From NCBI RefSeq assembly GCF_001194135.2, contig NC_068981.1, positions 17,491,444-17,527,445 on the forward strand: a stretch of DNA of 36,002 nucleotides, written 5' to 3'. The notes beneath the pieces were generated by a model. That model searched no databases. It was not told the origin of the DNA and saw only the letters and a list, made by a program, of their open reading frames with translations. The stretch is from Octopus bimaculoides (lineage: Eukaryota). Below, piece by piece: positions 35,916 through 36,002 of this stretch (positions within the stretch are counted from its first letter, which is position 1; the number at the start of each line of letters is the position of its first letter). Position numbers and translations under genes: made by a program.

Positions 35916-36002
35916 ACATGGTGGTTGTCTACTCCTTAAACAGAGTTTGACCACCTCCTGCACCTACACCTTAGCCCTTTCATGGCGTCTGATGTGGCTT
36001 TT

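Noticed and set aside
35532-36002. Possible RTE LINE C-terminal remnants (KERLSWYG; EVVK..LR on the minus strand)
   Set aside because: Only a few residues match, on opposite strands; it needs a profile search.

Overview
Eukaryotic, AT-rich, repeat-dense non-coding DNA from a gapped short-read assembly (10 N-gaps, about 3.2 kb). The tRNA-derived SINE families and the microsatellite load strongly resemble Octopus genomic DNA; this is recognition from memory, not a database search. I cannot support any intact protein-coding gene, structural RNA gene or CRISPR array. Nearly all long ORFs in the track are translated microsatellites or run through Ns. Supportable content: mariner remnants (a fold-back copy and a MITE), a hAT-like non-autonomous element containing a ~97-bp-arm hairpin, a Tigger/pogo-like end with an expanded 14-bp minisatellite, three SINE families (monomers, head-to-tail multimers, one chimera), stacked R4/Dong-type REL-endonuclease LINE remnants, and an unclassified ~560-bp element whose inverted arms each carry a CSL/Su(H) site, an octamer and a CCAAT box. 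I found no convincing new biological system. The best leads are transposon-borne regulatory motifs, dsRNA-forming structures and a switch in retroelement orientation near 27.5-28 kb. All leads are hypotheses.
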